Source of the DNA: Dehalococcoidia bacterium
GTDB taxonomy: Bacteria > Chloroflexota > Dehalococcoidia > UBA2979
Direction: 5' to 3'
DNA length: 64,000 nucleotides
Assembly: GCA_965208885.1 (NCBI GenBank)
Contig: CBDBPS010000001.1
Span: 297,445-361,444, forward strand
In this document: positions 1 through 9,666 of the stretch, in pieces
How the letters are laid out: each line of letters begins with the position of its first letter
How positions within the stretch are numbered: the stretch's first letter is position 1
The notes under the pieces: generated by a model
The model's input: only the letters and a program-made list of their open reading frames with translations
What the model was told of the DNA's origin: nothing
Databases searched by the model: none
Program-made: the position numbers and the translations under genes

Positions 1-7
1 GTGGTGC

Positions 8-1147
8 TTACGGCACGAGTTCGGCGGACTGGGCGATACGCAGCAGTTCCTGGACGGTGACGGAGTTGGCTTCCAGGAGGGCCACGACATCGTCGGCCCT
101 CCAGACAAGCCGGACCGTGCCGTTCTCCGACTGCTGGAAGACGTCGCCGAGGTCGGACTCGACGCGCTCCCACGCGCGCACCGTCTGTGGGATGCCGCTG
201 GCGCGGAGTCGCTGGTACAGGAGGATGTACGCCTCATCGGACGACTCGAGCAGTGACCACGTGGCTACGACGCGACAGTCGCCTAGGTGGCTGCCCTGCG
301 AGCCGCCGCTACCGGAGCGATAGCCGGGTGGCGCGTACGAGGGCCGGAGGAAGCCTCGCTCCGAGTGGTAAGCGCCCCCGCCACCGGAGCTCCCCGTGAA
401 GCTGCATCCATCCACGGCTTCAATCTCGCGGGCCCCGGGAGGGGGATCGAACGTGAACCGGCTCACGTCGATGTCGGCGTCGTAGTCGAGTGTCGTGACC
501 TCAGCGTGGAGCGACTGACGCCCAGCCTCCCCGACGGCAGCCCAGCGCATGATGAACATGCGCTCCGGGTCGATGTAGGCACGGACCGAGCCCCCAGGTG
601 GGGAGCGGATCTCAACGACCTCCGTCCTGCGGTCGAGAATCGTCTCCTCACCGGCGCGGACCGCCTCGCGCATCTCGTCAACGTCGCGCCATCGCTCGAT
701 GAACTCGTCAATCGTCGAGACGTTCGCGGGGCCGACGGGCGCGCTGAAGATGGGCGAGAGCACCACTCCGTCCGGTAGCTCCTGGAAGACCCCTCGCTGG
801 TACACGTTGAGTCGATCGTCATGCGACCAGGAGTCGTTACCGTCGGAGACCGTCAGACTCGTCCCGTCGTCGATGATGCTGCCGATGCCTTCGATCTCCC
901 AGCGCCAGCGAACGGGATCGAGCGCGTACCACCAGCGGACCACCACCCGGGCTCCCGTGGGGCGAAGGCGAGTGAGCACATCGTCCCGCGACGGCTCGAC
1001 CTCGACGGCCACCTCGACATAGACGCCGCGTACTCGCGATGAGCCATCCTCGGAGTTGCAGGAAAGCGCCACGGTCGCGAGGAGTGCGAGCACGACGAGG
1101 AGGCCAGCCAGAAGGACGCGCGTGGAGGACGCTCGAACGGCGTTCAT
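8..1147 (-). CDS. Putative secreted lipoprotein (signal peptide with lipobox LSC), possibly a LolA-like fold. It lies within the 575-aa ORF; the first 196 aa of that ORF are low-complexity and were rejected.
   Basis: An internal Met (MNAVRASSTRVLLAGLLVVLALLATVALSC) gives a classic lipoprotein signal, and the 379-aa body downstream is non-repetitive and protein-like. The ATG lies at 1145-1147 on the minus strand. It is divergent from yceD-rpmF. Confidence 0.5.
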   Translation of the reverse strand: MNAVRASSTRVLLAGLLVVLALLATVALSCNSEDGSSRVRGVYVEVAVEVEPSRDDVLTRLRPTGARVVVRWWYALDPVRWRWEIEGIGSIIDDGTSLTVSDGNDSWSHDDRLNVYQRGVFQELPDGVVLSPIFSAPVGPANVSTIDEFIERWRDVDEMREAVRAGEETILDRRTEVVEIRSPPGGSVRAYIDPERMFIMRWAAVGEAGRQSLHAEVTTLDYDADIDVSRFTFDPPPGAREIEAVDGCSFTGSSGGGGAYHSERGFLRPSYAPPGYRSGSGGSQGSHLGDCRVVATWSLLESSDEAYILLYQRLRASGIPQTVRAWERVESDLGDVFQQSENGTVRLVWRADDVVALLEANSVTVQELLRIAQSAELVP

Positions 1148-1217
1148 AGGCACCCAGCCGAAGGTCACGATACATCGGCCCGGCGGTGTTACGATCGAGG
1201 CCCGGCCGGAGGACCAC

Positions 1218-1766
1218 GTGAGCTTCAACGTCGCGACGCTGTTGCAGGAGCCCGTCGGCATTCGCCGGAGGGCGCGACTCGAGGGGGAGGCGATGGCCTC
1301 GCCGGCCGACCGGTGGACAGCCGAGGTGAGCGGCAATGTCGCGATGCTGCGCACCACGAGGGGCGTCCTGGTGCAGGCCACCGTGCGCTGCTCGCCCATC
1401 CTGGAGTGCGCGCGCTGCCTCGACCACTTCCCGAACGAGCTCGAGCTCTCCATCGAGGAGGAGTTCGTGCCCCTCGTCGACCTGGTCACGGGGGAACCCG
1501 TCGAAGCGGCCGAGGACGACCTGCGCATCGACGAGCTGCATATGCTCGACCTCAGCGAGGCCGTGCGGCAGTATGAACAGGCCGCGATCCCGCTGCAGCC
1601 GATCTGCCGAACGGGCTGCGTCGGGCTCTGCCCGCAGTGCGGGACCAATCGCAACGAAGAACGCTGCGATTGCGACGATGGAGCGGCATCGGGGCCGTTT
1701 GCAGCCCTCGCCGGACTCGGCGAACAGCTGCGCACGGAGGAGAGCGATGGCGGTACCGAAGCGTAG
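1218..1766 (+). CDS. yceD: YceD/DUF177 family protein (large-subunit rRNA accumulation protein)
   Basis: Conserved C-terminal CxxC...CxxC motifs (CARC...CPQCG) and a position immediately upstream of, and overlapping, rpmF. The start is uncertain: in-frame GTG at 1218 (VSFNVATLLQEPVG) or ATG at 1056. Confidence 0.7.
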   Translation: MSFNVATLLQEPVGIRRRARLEGEAMASPADRWTAEVSGNVAMLRTTRGVLVQATVRCSPILECARCLDHFPNELELSIEEEFVPLVDLVTGEPVEAAEDDLRIDELHMLDLSEAVRQYEQAAIPLQPICRTGCVGLCPQCGTNRNEERCDCDDGAASGPFAALAGLGEQLRTEESDGGTEA

Positions 1767-1941
1767 AACCCCCAAGGCGAAGCAGCGCTCGCGCCGCGGC
1801 CATCACCGCGTCGCCGTGCCGCAGCTCGTCCGTTGCACCACCTGCCGGGCCGCGCACGTCAACCACGTGCCGTGCCCCGTCTGCGGCACCTACAACGGCC
1901 GCCAGGTCCTCGACCGCGAAGAGGAACCCGTCGAGCAGTAG
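1747..1941 (+). CDS. rpmF: 50S ribosomal protein L32
   Basis: MAVPKRRTPKAKQRSRRGHH... is the canonical L32 N-terminus with a CxxC zinc ribbon. 64 aa, ATG at 1747. Confidence 0.9.
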   Translation: MAVPKRRTPKAKQRSRRGHHRVAVPQLVRCTTCRAAHVNHVPCPVCGTYNGRQVLDREEEPVEQ

Positions 1942-1951
1942 GGACGTCACC

Positions 1952-2437
1952 GTGCCGCTCACCCGAACGCCGAGGCACATCGCGCGGCTGGGGCTGGCTG
2001 TCCTCACCATCCTCGTGCTGCTCTTCACCACCGGCTGCCCGGGCGACGACACAGCCGAGCCCGTCGCGACCCCCGCCCCGACGACAGCGGCGCCCACGAC
2101 GACCACGACGGCCACTCCAACCGCCGAGCCTACTCCGACGCCCGCGCCCGAGCCGCGATTCAGCGGCACCGACGGCCGCTCGCTCTACGGGCAGGCGTGC
2201 TCCGTGTGCCACGGCCAGGCGCTCGAGGGCACCAACGCGGGTCCGACGTTCCTGAACCGCGTCTACGCGCCGGGCCACCACGCCGACATCAGCTTTATGT
2301 TCGCAATCGAGCGCGGCGTGCGGGCGCATCACTGGAACTTCGGCAACATGGCCCCGGTCGAGGGACTGAGCCAGGAGCAGGTGCTCGCGATCATCGCGTT
2401 CATCCGCGAGCAACAGCGCGAGGCGGGCATCGAGTAG
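1952..2437 (+). CDS. Class I c-type cytochrome, lipoprotein-anchored
   Basis: Single CSVCHG heme-binding motif. N-terminal hydrophobic segment ends in TTGC (lipobox), followed by a Pro/Thr/Ala-rich linker. GTG start at 1952, 8 nt after the rpmF stop. Confidence 0.65.
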   Translation: MPLTRTPRHIARLGLAVLTILVLLFTTGCPGDDTAEPVATPAPTTAAPTTTTTATPTAEPTPTPAPEPRFSGTDGRSLYGQACSVCHGQALEGTNAGPTFLNRVYAPGHHADISFMFAIERGVRAHHWNFGNMAPVEGLSQEQVLAIIAFIREQQREAGIE

Positions 2438-2465
2438 CCCTCGGCGCCCGGCCCGCCAACCTGCG

Positions 2466-2990
2466 TCAGCGCTCCATCAGGCCCGCCGCCAGGTCCTGCA
2501 CATCGCGCTCGGTGAGCCACGGATGGAGCGTCGCGGCCAGCTCGAAGGTGACGCCGTCGCGTCGCCAGCGCAGGTAGGCGATGTCGACGCCGGTGCCGGC
2601 CGGCCCGGCGAAGCCCTCGGCGAAGCGTCCGTCGACCTCGACCCGCAGGCGGTGACTGCCCAGCGGGATCGCGAGGAATCGCACCGTCGCCTCGGTCTGG
2701 CTGAGCACGAACGCGTGATCCCCGTCGCGATGCACCGAGAAGTTGACGCGCGGGAACTGCCGGCCCTCCTCTGGGAGCGAGTCCTCGAACACCCGGCCGA
2801 CGGTGAACTCGTCCTCGTGGGCGCACGCCCGCGTGATCGGGAACGCCGAGGAGCGTTCCAGCTCAGCGAGCGACTGTGCCGCCTCGGGCGACAGCTCGAT
2901 GTCGGCACAGGGCCCACGTGCACCGCACGCCGCGGACGCGGCCACGAGCAGGCTCGCGGCCACGACCGCGAGCCACATCGCGGGTCGCAC
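2466..2990 (-). CDS. Hypothetical lipoprotein
   Basis: Signal peptide MRPAMWLAVVAASLLVAASAAC with lipobox. 174 aa, no recognised domain. Confidence 0.45.
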   Translation of the reverse strand: MRPAMWLAVVAASLLVAASAACGARGPCADIELSPEAAQSLAELERSSAFPITRACAHEDEFTVGRVFEDSLPEEGRQFPRVNFSVHRDGDHAFVLSQTEATVRFLAIPLGSHRLRVEVDGRFAEGFAGPAGTGVDIAYLRWRRDGVTFELAATLHPWLTERDVQDLAAGLMER

Positions 2991-3017
2991 TGGCGCCCCG
3001 GCGCAGGCCCGACGCCG

Positions 3018-4301
3018 TCAGGCGATCGCGCCGGACTCCCGCAGCGCCGCGATCTCCGGGTCGGTCACGCCGTGCTCGTGCAGCACCTCGTCGGTGTGCT
3101 TGCCGAGGGGCGGCGAGTTGAGCGGCGAGCCCGTGGGTGTCTTCGACATGTTCACGATCGGGCCCACGAGGCGCTCGGGGCCGGTCAACTCGTGCTCCAT
3201 GTCGAGCATGTAGCCCATGGCCTCGACCTGCGGGTCGTCGGCCATCTCCTCCGGGAAGTTGACCTTGGAGCAGGGCGCGCCCTCTGCCTCGAAGAGCTCG
3301 ATCCACTCGTCCATGGTCTTCGTGAGCATGATGCCGCGCACTTTGTCGAGCATCATGTCGACGAGCTTGCGGCTCTCCGGGTCGTTCGAGTCGAAGTCAG
3401 GCGTGTTGGTCGGGTCGTCCTCGATGCCGATCACGCGGCGCATCTGGTCGCGGTTCCGCGGCGTGAGCGCGCCGAGGATGATGCCGCCGTCCTTCACCGC
3501 GTAGCCGCCGTAGAAGAGCCTCGCGGCCGCACGGCCCATCTGGTCGTGGATCCCGCCACGCGCGTCGATCTGCTCCTTGTACGAGCCGCCTGCTGCCTGC
3601 ACCTCGTGCATCTTGCGCAGCGCGATGTCCTGCGTGAACGCGTCGAGGGCGGGTGACTGGCTGACGCGGAAGCCCTGCATGGCCAGACCGGCCATCAGCA
3701 GCGATGTCTCGATCGCCTGTCCCTCGCCGGTCATGGCCCGGTGGAAGAGTGCGGCACAGATTGCCATCGTGCCGGCGAGGCCGGCCTGGAAGTCCGCAGG
3801 CGCGGTCGCCGAGATGATCTCGGGCGCGCCAAACTGGTCGACCTTCCCGTCACCCGCGAGGAGCCCCGAGTACGCCTGCGCGACGGCGTCGGAGCCCGAG
3901 CGGGTCTTGCTGGGGCCGTCGTTGCCGAAGCCGCTGTTCTCCAGGTGGATGATGTCGGGCCGGAACTGGCGCAACGTGTCGTAGTCCACGCGCAGGCGCT
4001 CCGGCACGCCGGGCCGGGCGTTGATCGTGAACACGTCGAAGCCCGGGATGATGCGGTGGACCAGCGCTTGCCCGTCGGGGTGGCTGAGGTCGACGACGAG
4101 CGAGCGCTTGCCGCGGTTGAGGGCGTGGAAGCCCTTGCTCTCGCCCGGCACGACCGCGCCCGCGGCGCGCGATCCCTCGCCGCCCGGCGGTTCGACCTTG
4201 ATCACGTCGGCCCCGAGGTCGGCCAGGTTCAGGCCGCAGTAGGGACCCGCAACGATCTGCGACACCTCGAAGACTTTCACCCCGGCGAGCGGTCCCGGCA
4301 T
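3018..4301 (-). CDS. CoA-transferase family III (CaiB/BaiF-type) protein
   Basis: N-terminal GPLAGVKVFEVSQIVAGPYCG is a CoA-transferase III signature, and length and architecture fit. Start taken at MPGPLAG; the ORF extends to 4370. Confidence 0.8.
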   Translation of the reverse strand: MPGPLAGVKVFEVSQIVAGPYCGLNLADLGADVIKVEPPGGEGSRAAGAVVPGESKGFHALNRGKRSLVVDLSHPDGQALVHRIIPGFDVFTINARPGVPERLRVDYDTLRQFRPDIIHLENSGFGNDGPSKTRSGSDAVAQAYSGLLAGDGKVDQFGAPEIISATAPADFQAGLAGTMAICAALFHRAMTGEGQAIETSLLMAGLAMQGFRVSQSPALDAFTQDIALRKMHEVQAAGGSYKEQIDARGGIHDQMGRAAARLFYGGYAVKDGGIILGALTPRNRDQMRRVIGIEDDPTNTPDFDSNDPESRKLVDMMLDKVRGIMLTKTMDEWIELFEAEGAPCSKVNFPEEMADDPQVEAMGYMLDMEHELTGPERLVGPIVNMSKTPTGSPLNSPPLGKHTDEVLHEHGVTDPEIAALRESGAIA

Positions 4302-4443
4302 CGTCACTCCTCCTTCGATGTGGCTGGCTGTGCCGGCCATCATGAGCGCCTCGCCAAAGCTGTGAGGCACCTCTGGCCGTTATGACCGCTGATAATACGC
4401 CGACGGCGCGGCCGTTTCGCGGGTGGGGCGTGCGAGGCGCGAG

Positions 4444-5847
4444 CTACTCGCCGTGGAGGTCGCGCCGGATCGCCGCGTAACGGGCGAGCGCGTGCATTGC
4501 CCGGGCACTCTCCTCGGGCGTCTCGTACGAGGGGACGTGGTGCTCGCGGAAGACGCGCGACGAGATCTCGTCCGCCATGCGCCGCATCCCGACGCCGACG
4601 ACGGGCTTGCCGGTGCGCTCCGGGATGGTCGCCATGCGCTCGGCCGTCGCCTCCGTACGTTCGTCGCCGCCCGCGCCGCCGGGCCCCGAGACGATGAGCC
4701 CATCGATGTACGGCTGCTCGGCGAGGATGTCCGCGACCTGCGAGAACAGCCGGACGTCGCGAAAGTCGCCCGCGAGGTCGACGGGGTTGCGGGGGCGGGG
4801 CGCGTGCGGCGCGAGCATCGGGATCAGGCGCTGCTGCGTCGCCTCGTCGAGCACGGGCACGTCGAGGCCGAGGAACGCGCAGCTATCCGAGGTGACGACA
4901 CACTGACCGCCGGTCATCGACATGACCGCGACGCGCGGGCCCGCCGGCAGCGGCGCCTCGGAGAGCGCCGAGGCGAGCGTGAACAGGTGCATCGCCTCGT
5001 GCACGCGGATCAGCCCGAACTGGCGGCAGGCGGCGTCGAACACGTCGTCGGGCACCATCAGCGACGCGGTGTGCGAGTGCACGGCGCGCGCGCCGACCGG
5101 GTTGCGGCCCGCCTTGTAGACGAGCACCGGCTTCGTCGCCACCACTCGTCGGGCGGTCTCGAGGAATCGCCGCGGGTCCTTCAGCCCCTCGATGTAGAGG
5201 GCGATGACGTCCGTCTCCGGGTCGTCGCGGAGGTATTCGAGGTAGTCGGCGTCGTTGAGGTCGGCCTGGTTGCCGGTGCTCACGAACCGGCTGACGCCGT
5301 AGCCCTGCCGCGAGGCGGCCTCGATGAGCGAGCCGCCAAACGCGCCGCTCTGCGAGATGAAGGCGATGCGGCCCTTCGCAGGCGGCGTCGGCGAGTGCAG
5401 GCTGAGGCCCGACGACGCGCTCCACATGCCGTTGCAGTTCGGCCCGACGAAGCGGATGCCCGCCTCCCGGGCGGCGCTCACGATGTCGGCCTGGCGCTGC
5501 TCGCCCTCGACGCCGCTCTCGGCGAAGCCGGCGCTGATCACCACGGCGGCGCGGATGCCCTTCGCGCCGCACTCGCGCAGCACCTGCGGCGCCGCGGGCG
5601 CCGGCACGGTCACGACCGCGAGGTCGATCGGGCCGGGGATGTCGAGCACCGAGGGGTAGGCGCGGCGGCCCATGACCTCCTCGGCGGTGGGGTGGACGGG
5701 GATCACGGGGCCGGGGAAGCCGCCCTTGATGGGCCGCTCCACCATCATGTTGCCCCACTTGCCACGCGTGTTTGACGCGCCGATGACCGCGACGGATCGC
5801 GGGTCGAAGAGCGGGCGGAGCTGCTCGCGGAGGTCGGTTGCTGGCAT
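4444..5847 (-). CDS. NDP-forming acyl-CoA synthetase family protein (CoA-binding plus succinyl-CoA-synthetase-like domains)
   Basis: VAVIGASNTRGKWG CoA-binding Rossmann motif, SCS-alpha-like core and ATP-grasp-like C-terminal half. 467 aa. Confidence 0.8.
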   Translation of the reverse strand: MPATDLREQLRPLFDPRSVAVIGASNTRGKWGNMMVERPIKGGFPGPVIPVHPTAEEVMGRRAYPSVLDIPGPIDLAVVTVPAPAAPQVLRECGAKGIRAAVVISAGFAESGVEGEQRQADIVSAAREAGIRFVGPNCNGMWSASSGLSLHSPTPPAKGRIAFISQSGAFGGSLIEAASRQGYGVSRFVSTGNQADLNDADYLEYLRDDPETDVIALYIEGLKDPRRFLETARRVVATKPVLVYKAGRNPVGARAVHSHTASLMVPDDVFDAACRQFGLIRVHEAMHLFTLASALSEAPLPAGPRVAVMSMTGGQCVVTSDSCAFLGLDVPVLDEATQQRLIPMLAPHAPRPRNPVDLAGDFRDVRLFSQVADILAEQPYIDGLIVSGPGGAGGDERTEATAERMATIPERTGKPVVGVGMRRMADEISSRVFREHHVPSYETPEESARAMHALARYAAIRRDLHGE

Positions 5848-5986
5848 GGTGTCCCCGGCGGTCGACTGGCGCGGACGGTATCACGCCGAGGGCTGCCTGC
5901 GGTGGTGCATCGAGGCGCCCGTGTGGTGAGGCGCTATACGTGAGTGTTATAACGCCCTCAACACCCCGGCGATCGAGGAGGGCACG

Positions 5987-7216
5987 ATGGACTGGGCAGA
6001 CAACGAAGAACAGGCAGCATTCCGCACGGAAGTCCACTCCTTCATCGCGGATAGCCTCCCGCAGTACTACCGCGACCGGATCGCCTCGCGCCGCCCCCGC
6101 GGCCTCGAGGGCGACTGGCAGGGCGACATCGCGATCGGCACCGAGGATGCGCAGGCCGCAGCGAGCGAGTGGGCCGATGCGCTGTCGACGAAGGGCTGGG
6201 TCGCTCCACACTGGCCGACGGAATACGGCGGCGGCGGCATGACGCCCATGGAGCAGTTCATCTACAACCAGGAGATGGCCGAGGCCGAGGCCCCGCTGGT
6301 CGGGGGCTCCGGCGTCTCGCTGCTGGGCTCGACGCTGCTCGTCCACGGCAACGAGGAGCAGAAGCAGAAGTTCCTGCGACCGACCCTCGAGGGCGAGTAC
6401 CGCTGGGCTCAGGGCTTCTCCGAGCCGGGCGCCGGCTCCGACCTCGCCTCGCTACAGACGCGCGCCACCCGCGACGGCGACGAGTACGTGATCAACGGTC
6501 AGAAGCTGTGGACCTCGGCGGCGCACAAGTCGAACTGGCTGTTCGGCATGTTCCGCACGAACCCGGATGCGCCCAAGCACCGCGGCATCTCATTCCTCGT
6601 CATGGACATCACGAGCCCCGGCATCAGCGTGCGCCCGATCATCACGATGGGCTGGGAGCACGGCACGAACGAGACGTTCTACGAGAACGTGCGCGTCCCC
6701 GCCGACCAACTCGTCGGCGAGGAGGACCGCGGCTGGTACGTCGGCGTCACGCTGCTCGACTTCGAGCGGTCGAACATCGCGGGCGCGATCCAGATCCGCA
6801 AGAGCATCGACCGGCTGATCGAGAACGTGGGGACGGACGAGGGCCGGCGCATGGTCGAGGCAGGCGGGCTGCGGCGCCAGCGCACCGCAGTCGCCGACCA
6901 CTACATCGAGTCCGAGGTGATGTTCAACTACTCGTTCCGCATCATCTCGATGCAGGCGCGGGGCATCATTCCGAACTACGAAGCCTCGACATCGAAGATG
7001 TTCGCCTCGGAGCTGGTGCTGCGGGTCTCGCGCACGGGCATCAAGGTCTACGGTTTGTACTCGAACGTCTGGGACCCGGACTCTGAGCACTCGCCGCAGA
7101 AGTCCGTCTTCACGCAGTCGAACGTGCACTCCGTGATCGGCACGATCGGCGGCGGATCCTCGGAGATCCAGCGCAACATCATCGCCACGCGCGGCCTCGG
7201 GCTGCCACGCGGCTAG
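5987..7216 (+). CDS. Acyl-CoA dehydrogenase family protein (paralog 1 of 3)
   Basis: ACAD signatures (YRWAQGFSEPGAGSDLASL, GQKLWTSAAH, C-terminal GGSSEIQRNIIA). About 90% aa identity to 8274..9503. RBS gaggagg lies upstream. Confidence 0.9.
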   Translation: MDWADNEEQAAFRTEVHSFIADSLPQYYRDRIASRRPRGLEGDWQGDIAIGTEDAQAAASEWADALSTKGWVAPHWPTEYGGGGMTPMEQFIYNQEMAEAEAPLVGGSGVSLLGSTLLVHGNEEQKQKFLRPTLEGEYRWAQGFSEPGAGSDLASLQTRATRDGDEYVINGQKLWTSAAHKSNWLFGMFRTNPDAPKHRGISFLVMDITSPGISVRPIITMGWEHGTNETFYENVRVPADQLVGEEDRGWYVGVTLLDFERSNIAGAIQIRKSIDRLIENVGTDEGRRMVEAGGLRRQRTAVADHYIESEVMFNYSFRIISMQARGIIPNYEASTSKMFASELVLRVSRTGIKVYGLYSNVWDPDSEHSPQKSVFTQSNVHSVIGTIGGGSSEIQRNIIATRGLGLPRG

Positions 7217-7398
7217 GCCGAGCGACGCCCAACGACGCACACCCGACGGCCCCGGCCCGAGCCGCTGGCTGACGTTCGGAGACGCCTCGGCAGTGTCGAG
7301 AACCGCCTCGACACGATGGACGGCCGCCTCGAGCGCATCGAGGATGCCCCGACCATCCTCGTGAACGGCTGTTCCGAGATGTGGGGAGTGGGGTAGCG

Positions 7399-8034
7399 AT
7401 GAGATCGACCACGATCTGGTTCGCTGCCGTCCTGATCGCACTGTTCGCACTCAGCGCGTCACGCCCCGCGCCGGCTGACGCGTGCTTCCGAGTGCCCGGG
7501 TATTGGGTTGATCATTTCGTCGACGGCGAACTGGAGGCGACGTGGGAACGCCGCGCGCTCGTGTTCTCTGGCGTACTCGAGGAGAGGAGCGTCACCGAAC
7601 GGGTGGCTACGAGCACCACTGTCTTTAGCGTGGATCAGGTATGGAAGGGGCGGATATCGGCCGGGCACAGGATCGTCGCGAAATCGGCTGATAGTCCCTG
7701 GGCACCCTGCCCCAGCCGGGAGCGCAGCGTAGGTGAGCGACACCTCGTGCTCGTCGATGTCCTCACCGCCGAAGATGTCGCGCGAATTGGCAACCCCGAG
7801 TACTGGCAATTGGAGGCGGGAGACCTCACGGGAATCTGGCGGTACCTCGGCCCTTCGGACGAGGGGTATGAAGAACTCCTGGAGACCCTTGACGCGCTGG
7901 CAGAGCGCGACGCAGACCTGCCGCAATACGACCCGTACGACCGGCTCGGCTGGCCAGCGATCGGCGTCCTCGTCGCCATGGGAGTCGCCCTCATCGTCTA
8001 TCAGCGGCGCATTTCGAGGTCCACTCGGGCCTGA
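7399..8034 (+). CDS. Hypothetical secreted protein with C-terminal TM anchor
   Basis: N-terminal signal peptide (MRSTTIWFAAVLIALFALSAS) and C-terminal hydrophobic helix. No recognised domain. Confidence 0.45.
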   Translation: MRSTTIWFAAVLIALFALSASRPAPADACFRVPGYWVDHFVDGELEATWERRALVFSGVLEERSVTERVATSTTVFSVDQVWKGRISAGHRIVAKSADSPWAPCPSRERSVGERHLVLVDVLTAEDVARIGNPEYWQLEAGDLTGIWRYLGPSDEGYEELLETLDALAERDADLPQYDPYDRLGWPAIGVLVAMGVALIVYQRRISRSTRA

Positions 8035-8273
8035 CCGCATGGTCGAACCAGGGCGCTACCCGTCAGGGGCGCGCCATTGCACCTGCCGGAACTGCGAGGC
8101 CGGCTGGTTCGGACACATGACGACGGGCATGAGTGAGCGGGCTCGCCCCTGGGATCGGTGCCGTGACCTCAGTGCCACCTATCGACAACGCTGCCGCGTG
8201 ACAGCCCGCGTGTGGTGAGGCGTGGGCCGAGGTGCTATAAGGCCCGCAAGACACTGCGACTACGGAGGACACG

Positions 8274-9503
8274 ATGGACTGGGCAGACAACGACGAACAG
8301 GCGGCGTTCCGCACCGAGGTGCGCGCGTTCATCCAGGGCAGCCTCCCGCAGTACTACAGAGACGTCATCGCGAGGCGCCGCCCCGGCGGCCTCGAGGGTG
8401 ACTGGCAGGACGATATCTCGATCGGCTCGCCTGAGGCGCAGGCCGCCGCGGGCGAGTGGGCCGAGGCACTCTCGACCAAGGGCTGGGTCGCGCCGCACTG
8501 GCCGACCGAGTACGGCGGCGGCGGCATGACGCCCATGGAGCAGTTCATCTATCGCCAGGAGATGGCCGAAGCCGAGGCCCCCGCGGTCGGCGGCTCGGGC
8601 GTCACCCTGCTCGGCTCGACGCTGCTCGTCCACGGCAGCGAGGAGCAGAAGCAGAAGTTCCTCGCGCCGACGCTGCGCGGCGAGTACCGCTGGGCGCAGG
8701 GCTTCTCCGAGCCGGGCGCCGGCTCCGACCTCGCCTCGCTGCAGACACGCGCCACCCGCGACGGCGATGAGTACGTCATCAACGGCCAGAAGCTGTGGAC
8801 CTCGGCGGCCCACAAGTCGAACTGGCTGTTCGGCATGTTCCGCACCGACCCCGATGCGCCGAAGCACCGCGGCATCTCGTTCCTCGTCATGGACATGACG
8901 AGCCCCGGCATCAGCGTGCGCCCGATCGTCTCGATGGGCTGGGAGCACGCCACCAACGAGACCTTCTACGAGGACGTGCACGTCCCCGCCGACCACCTCG
9001 TCGGCGAGGAGAACCGCGGCTGGTACGTCGGCGTCACGCTGCTCGACTTCGAGCGCTCGAACATCGCGGGCGCGATCGAGATCCGCAAGAGCATCGACTG
9101 GCTGATCGAGAACGTGCAGACGGACGAGGGCCGGCAGATGACCGAGCACGGCGGGCTGCAGCGCCAGCGCACCGCCGTGGCCGACCACTACATCGAGTCC
9201 GAGGTGATGTTCAACTACTCGTTCCGCATCATCTCGATGCAGGCGCGCGGCATCATCCCGAACTACGAGGCGTCGACGTCCAAGATGTTCGCGACCGAGC
9301 TGCTGCAGCGGCTCTCGCGCACGGGCATCAAGCTCTACGGGCTCTACTCGAACGTGTGGGACCCGGACTCGGAGCACTCGCCGCAGAACTCGGTGTTCAC
9401 GCAGACGAACGTACACTCCGTGGTGCGCACCATCGCCGGCGGGTCCTCGGAGATCCAGCGCAACATCATCGCCACGCGCGGGCTCGGCCTGCCGCGCGGC
9501 TAG
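8274..9503 (+). CDS. Acyl-CoA dehydrogenase family protein (paralog 2 of 3)
   Basis: Near-identical paralog of 5987..7216 with the same upstream motif. A perfect 13-bp-stem hairpin follows the stop at 9514..9542. Confidence 0.9.
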   Translation: MDWADNDEQAAFRTEVRAFIQGSLPQYYRDVIARRRPGGLEGDWQDDISIGSPEAQAAAGEWAEALSTKGWVAPHWPTEYGGGGMTPMEQFIYRQEMAEAEAPAVGGSGVTLLGSTLLVHGSEEQKQKFLAPTLRGEYRWAQGFSEPGAGSDLASLQTRATRDGDEYVINGQKLWTSAAHKSNWLFGMFRTDPDAPKHRGISFLVMDMTSPGISVRPIVSMGWEHATNETFYEDVHVPADHLVGEENRGWYVGVTLLDFERSNIAGAIEIRKSIDWLIENVQTDEGRQMTEHGGLQRQRTAVADHYIESEVMFNYSFRIISMQARGIIPNYEASTSKMFATELLQRLSRTGIKLYGLYSNVWDPDSEHSPQNSVFTQTNVHSVVRTIAGGSSEIQRNIIATRGLGLPRG

Positions 9504-9513
9504 GGACGCGACT

Positions 9514-9542
9514 CGTGGGAGCCTCGATGCGAGGCTCCCACG
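9514..9542 (+). terminator. Stem-loop (13-bp perfect stem, 3-nt loop) immediately after the ACAD paralog 2 stop
   Basis: cgtgggagcctcg-atg-cgaggctcccacg. No U-tract, as is common in high-GC genomes. Confidence 0.4.
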
Positions 9543-9666
9543 CGAGCGATTCAACAAGCGCTGGCGCTGCGGCGTCGGATACATCAGACTGCGCACGTGG
9601 GCCGGCTCGCCGGCCTGCATACGCGTGACATATCCACACGCAGAGAACGGCAAGGAAAGGACGCCA

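Noticed and set aside
8-1735. Full 575-aa ORF on the minus strand
   Set aside because: The first 196 aa are Ser/Arg-rich low complexity and are antisense to yceD/rpmF. Only the part downstream of the internal signal-peptide Met (ending at 1147) is kept as a gene.
837-1775. 312-aa ORF, minus strand
   Set aside because: Antisense to yceD and rpmF. Arg/Ala/Gly-rich composition typical of a GC-driven spurious ORF.
2523-3656. 377-aa ORF, plus strand
   Set aside because: Antisense to the CoA-transferase III gene, which has clear family motifs. Low-complexity composition.
4423-6346. Overlapping 450-aa (+) and 487-aa (-) ORFs
   Set aside because: Both shadow the NDP-forming acyl-CoA synthetase and the ACAD genes. 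Arg/Gly/Asp-rich composition with no motifs.
7216-7399. Possible short heptad peptide (…SVENRLDTMDGRLERIEDAPTILVNGCSEMWGVG) in the spacer after ACAD paralog 1
   Set aside because: No in-frame start with an RBS, too short, and not in the ORF track. Mentioned only as a possible relic related to the 28818 coiled-coil ORF.
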